Assembly: GCA_963693365.1 (NCBI GenBank)
Contig: CAVNZM010000002.1
Location: 15,037,615 to 15,101,614, forward strand
Direction: 5' to 3'
Length of the DNA stretch: 64,000 nt
Origin: Amoebidium appalachense
Taxonomy: Eukaryota > Protista > Ichthyosporea
Both the position numbers and the translations under genes were made by a program. Under the pieces are notes generated by a model, which did not search any database, was not told the origin of the DNA, and was given only the letters and a program-made list of their open reading frames with translations. Below, in pieces: positions 59,743-64,000 of this stretch (the first letter of the stretch is position 1; each line of letters opens with the position of its first letter).

Positions 59743-60831
59743 ATGTCTCACCTCACCTTGACACCCACCTCTGGCTGGGCACTTGCTTTTTCTCTACTTA
59801 CGGGTGTGACGCTATACCTCCGCTATCGAGCAACCCCGACCTCAGTAGACCAATGCAAACCAACCTACCCCGATCTCACCTCGCGCGAAAAAACACTAAC
59901 GTGTTTGCGTAGCGGGCAGAGCCACGTGTTGTCATGGGCTGAATACGGCCCAGAAACCGGAAACCCCATTCTCTTCTTCCACGGGCTACCTGGGAGCCGC
60001 GTAATCCCAGTGCCGCAACTTAAAGACCTCTGCGAGAAAGCCAATGTTCGTGTTATTTCAGTGGAAGCACCGGGCATAGGAAAAGCGGGGTTTTTGCTTG
60101 AGAAGGGGGACAACCCCATCACCATCCAAAACGCGGCCATCTCTGAAGTTCTATTACCTTATCTGGGCATTGAAGGACCCATCCCGGTCGTGGGGTACTC
60201 GCTCGGAGGACCCCGTGCGGTTGGTTTTTTGCATGCACACCCTAGCAGAGTGTCATCTCTTTTCCTCATTGCAACGGCCGGCTTTTCTTCTTCCATTCCA
60301 CCGAAATCCGTCGAGGTTATGTGTCCAGAAAACGCTATTGCCTTTACCATTTGTAGACACTTTCCCTCCTTTCTCCGAGTGATGTGGTCCGCGATTGCAT
60401 CACATCTAGTGCAAGCGGAGAACTATGTGTATAACTTTTCTCAAAGCACGCTCGAGGTAGACAAAAAACACATTGCAAACGCGGAAGTGAAAGGTTTATG
60501 GGTGACTACTGCAAACGAATGTTTCCGGCAGGGAATTCAGGGAATGCTCGAATATGTGCTTGCAGCATTCGGGAAAGACGAGCCATGTGGGTGGGGGTTT
60601 GATGTAAGAGAGGCAGGGGCACATCCTGTCAACATCACTCTTTACCACGGAAAGAAAGACGCTATATCACCTTCGTATATGTCTGTTGGATTGGCGGCTG
60701 TCTTACAACAGAAACGAAGCACGGAGTGGGACAATGTCTCGGTGGTCTTGCTCGAGGAAGAGGGTCACTTCAGTGGTTTGGATGTTGCTCTGGGCTTGAC
60801 GGTCAAACAGGTTGGAGGGAGCTTGAAGTAG
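59743..60831 (+). CDS. Intronless alpha/beta-fold hydrolase with N-terminal membrane anchor, 362 aa
   Basis: Clean ORF with hydrophobic WALAFSLLTGVTLYL, oxyanion-region FFHGLPGSR, nucleophile elbow GYSLGG, acid HGKKD and catalytic His in EEGHFS. Confidence 0.92.
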   Translation: MSHLTLTPTSGWALAFSLLTGVTLYLRYRATPTSVDQCKPTYPDLTSREKTLTCLRSGQSHVLSWAEYGPETGNPILFFHGLPGSRVIPVPQLKDLCEKANVRVISVEAPGIGKAGFLLEKGDNPITIQNAAISEVLLPYLGIEGPIPVVGYSLGGPRAVGFLHAHPSRVSSLFLIATAGFSSSIPPKSVEVMCPENAIAFTICRHFPSFLRVMWSAIASHLVQAENYVYNFSQSTLEVDKKHIANAEVKGLWVTTANECFRQGIQGMLEYVLAAFGKDEPCGWGFDVREAGAHPVNITLYHGKKDAISPSYMSVGLAAVLQQKRSTEWDNVSVVLLEEEGHFSGLDVALGLTVKQVGGSLK

Positions 60832-62257
60832 TTGCGGTGAAGGTGTCTTTTTTTTGCTCTAGGGAGTGCATGGGGAGTGTGCGGTTGTAATGGCTGTGCT
60901 GGCACTATGAAAGCGCAAAACTATCGTAAGTCTCTAATCTCTGCCGGACGGGAAGTGGTGGTGCAAAGACCAGACTGGCTGGGCCTAGTCTTGCTAGATC
61001 ATTTTATGTCATTTTTGATAAATGCTTATGTCCTTAACAAGTAACGTCGTATTTACATATGGCTGGAGGTTCACAGGATCTCTCGCATGCTTGCAGTTTT
61101 GCAGCAAAGTTTAGCAAGGGATAAAAAGAGATCACTCACTAATAAACTACCGAAAAAACTGTGGAAATTGGTTGGCCGTTCGAGTACCTGTGTTACGGTA
61201 TACCTGTGTGCTTATACGTGTATGTGTGCACACCTTCGTTTATGATGCCGTCAAGTGCTTAACACATATAGGACACCTCCACCTCCAGCTCCACATGTAT
61301 ATAAAACTTCACACGCAAACCCACTCATGATGCATTCACTCATACGGTTCTCCAAGCACAGCACGCACGCACACGCGCACACATGAACATAGACCAAAGC
61401 TTCACATATTCACGGAAGGTCATGCGGCTTACGATAAGACATGGGTAATGTAATTCTGCCCCAACGTTAACTGCAACTGAGTTTTATCTGGCACTCAGCT
61501 TGTAATCTTGAGCGGTCAGTTGTCTGCGCAGCTTGTGCCACCTTGCTGGAGGCAACGGTCCAAACGACAAAAACCTGTTACCCTCCTCTCTAACGGCCGC
61601 AACATTTTTGCGATCCACCGTTTTGATTGGCCAAATCTACTTGGCGGCTAAATGTCAAAATCCGATCTGACAACAACCGCTTCAAAGTCCTAACGAGGTT
61701 TTGTGTGTCGAACTGATGTTGTGGTAAAGCAAAGTCAGAAGATTATATAGCTGAGAATAGAAAGAATAAAAGCTGGAAAGGGATAGAAGTAGCAGTATAG
61801 CACTTATATTTTATGTTTTTCGATTTAATTTGCTGATCCTCTTAGCCTGTTAGTTATGCATATTTGTATACAACACAGCGTTTTTTCCAACTTGGCCGAA
61901 GGGACTGACAGACGCTATTGTTCCCGCGCCAACCTACATATACGCTCGCTCATTCCGCCCATAAAACCCCGCTCGCACACACACACAAGCACGCACGCAC
62001 GCACGCATGTCCACGCGCACACACAGGACGCGTTATACACATACATACCAACTGCTGTTTTCACAAGCCAACACCAAATTATCACTTCGACGAAATAAGC
62101 GGAAGGCCGCTATAAATTTCCTTCCACATTTATCACACCTTTGAAAGGCACTTTACAAAATAATGCACACATGTAGATGTGACGTGAGATAGCGGTATAC
62201 ATGAGTTCAATGTGTGTTTCTGCCGGTAGCATTTCAGTGCTCTGTTTACCGCGCAAC

Positions 62258-62867
62258 ATGAAAAGGTTAGGCGAGGACTCCTCGGATCCGTGGGAAAAGC
62301 GAGGCCGACTAAAGTTTAGAAGGGCATCTAAACGGTTTAAGCCCACGGAGGAGGAGGATGTGGGAACCGTTGAAAGTGGGGTAAGTTATTGTAGCACCCA
62401 CTAGCCACTCCCTTCCACTCAACTGCTTCGCGCTCGGAACCCTTTTTTTTTTTTTTTGTCAGTTTTTTTTACGCTGCTAATTTATCGCAGCAGTTTGCGT
62501 GTTTCATCCTTTTTTTAATCCTAATTCACAGGCACACCTCAAGAAATAATGGAGAGGATGTTAGGGCGGGATTCAGGCGTGCTTTCTATTCTATTTCAAG
62601 GTTATTCTATCAGTCTCAGAGTAATGCCTAATGTTTTTGCTGTTTGACGATCACCAAGCCCGTGTTTTCTTTGTTTTCTCGTTGCCTTTGTGTTTTTACG
62701 CTTATATTTTGGTACATGTTTTGCACTGCATTCAGAAGAAGTTGCGCACGAACAGCCTCAACGTCCGTCCCCCCCCCCCCCCTCCCCCCTCCCCCCCCCC
62801 CTGGTGACGTTTTGTTGTTGCTCTTTGTTGCCTCCTCCATATTTCCAACCCTCTAACGCATACATCA

Positions 62868-62898
<31 letters not shown>

Positions 62899-64000
62899 CC
62901 TTCCCTTCATACCCCCTCTGGGTAACGTGCCCGCTCAAAGTTATTTTGCCCAGCATCGGATGCTTTTCCCTTGCCATCTTTTTCGGGAAAGCATATCCTT
63001 TCTTCTTTTTTTTTTTTTCTGCACAGAGTCCTCTTCAGGATCTAAGTTCATGTGGGTCGCTCTAAGAGCTCAGTACAGGTCAGCCGAGAAACCAAAAGTC
63101 TTCGCCCTTTAACTGTAAACTTACATTGTTCTTGTTGTGGCAGGAAAATGAGCCGCCAAAGGAGGCTGCCCCTATTCCTCTCAGTGATGATCAACCACAG
63201 CAATCACAATTATCACAGCCACCGCCAGCTCCCCCTCATGTTGCGCCGGATGCACCACAAAATGAAAGTGCACAGAAAGGGACCAAGTCTCCGCAGGCTG
63301 ACACTTCGAGACCAGAACAGCAACCAGATTCAGCACATGAACAAATACAAGCGAGTTCGGAAGTGCCACAAGAACCACCACCCTTACCAGATGAGCAGCA
63401 ACAACAAACAAACACGGGGGAGAGTGTAGAGACATTGTCGCTCAGACACACACAAGCGATGGAATCTTCTGTTCGGGTTGTAGACGAAACACAACAAACG
63501 GAAAAGGAAGCAACACCGAAACAGCAAATACGAACGGTTGCGGCGCTTGCAGCCGATGTTCGGTTTACCCAATCGGCACAACCGGCATTGGGACGACATA
63601 AGGGTGGGGTCGAGACCCGTGTTCGTTTGAGGAAACCGCGGTTAAGCGAATATCCCCGCACGGCCCGTCCAGATGATGATGAGGACGAGGAAAACCAAAA
63701 GAGTGCACCCCAACCATTACACAGAGCAGAAGAAGGCGAACAGAGAGAAAACAGGGAAGAAACGGAGAGAGCAGGGGATGTTGCAACTAGAGATGAGGTA
63801 GAAGCCGGGAAGGGAGACGGAAAAGAGAAAGGGGATAAGCATGTTGGTGTGAGAAAATCGGCTGTGCAAGTAAGGGAGGAGAGAGCGAGGTTTAGGGAAG
63901 AGAGGGAGAGAAAGATACGAGAGAAACGGGAGGCGAAGCAAAGGAAACAAGCAGAGAGGGAGGAGAGGAAAAGGCAGAAGGAGGAAGAGAAGCAGAGGAG
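62258..64000 (+). CDS. 5' part of a gene for a disordered P/Q/E-rich then E/R/K coiled-coil protein (runs off window)
   Basis: Exon 62258-62380 (MKRLGEDSSDPWEKRGRLKFRRASKRFK.., GTAAGT donor, phase 0) is compatible with an exon from 63144 (CAG acceptor) that stays open for ~285 codons: ENEPPKEAAP...REERERKIREKREAKQRKQ. Confidence 0.65.

Overview
Intron-rich eukaryotic DNA (a unicellular-holozoan-like protist is a guess, not demonstrable here). It is saturated with (CA)n/(GT)n, (AG)n and poly-C/poly-G tracts, so most ORFs in the supplied track are repeat artefacts. Manual splicing gives five elements. (1) An intact 11-exon BCO/RPE65-family carotenoid oxygenase on the minus strand (508 aa). (2) A minus-strand TCAF/peptidase-M60 metalloprotease gene with frameshifts and a TAG. 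(3) A tandem triplication (~23.5-58 kb) of a large multi-exon gene. The middle copy is intact (9 coding exons, 1094 aa) and encodes a Fe(II)/2-oxoglutarate dioxygenase-fold protein lacking all three iron ligands; the flanking copies are pseudogenes. All three keep an E2F-like/CCAAT promoter module. (4) An intronless alpha/beta hydrolase. (5) The 5' part of a disordered/coiled-coil protein gene. Also present are a hAT-type MITE with a perfect 8-bp TSD, a foldback element, a hairpin minisatellite, an intron-restricted repeat ending in poly-C, and strand-polarised C-tracts/(CA)n hugging splice sites. Family assignments are from recalled motifs, not database searches.
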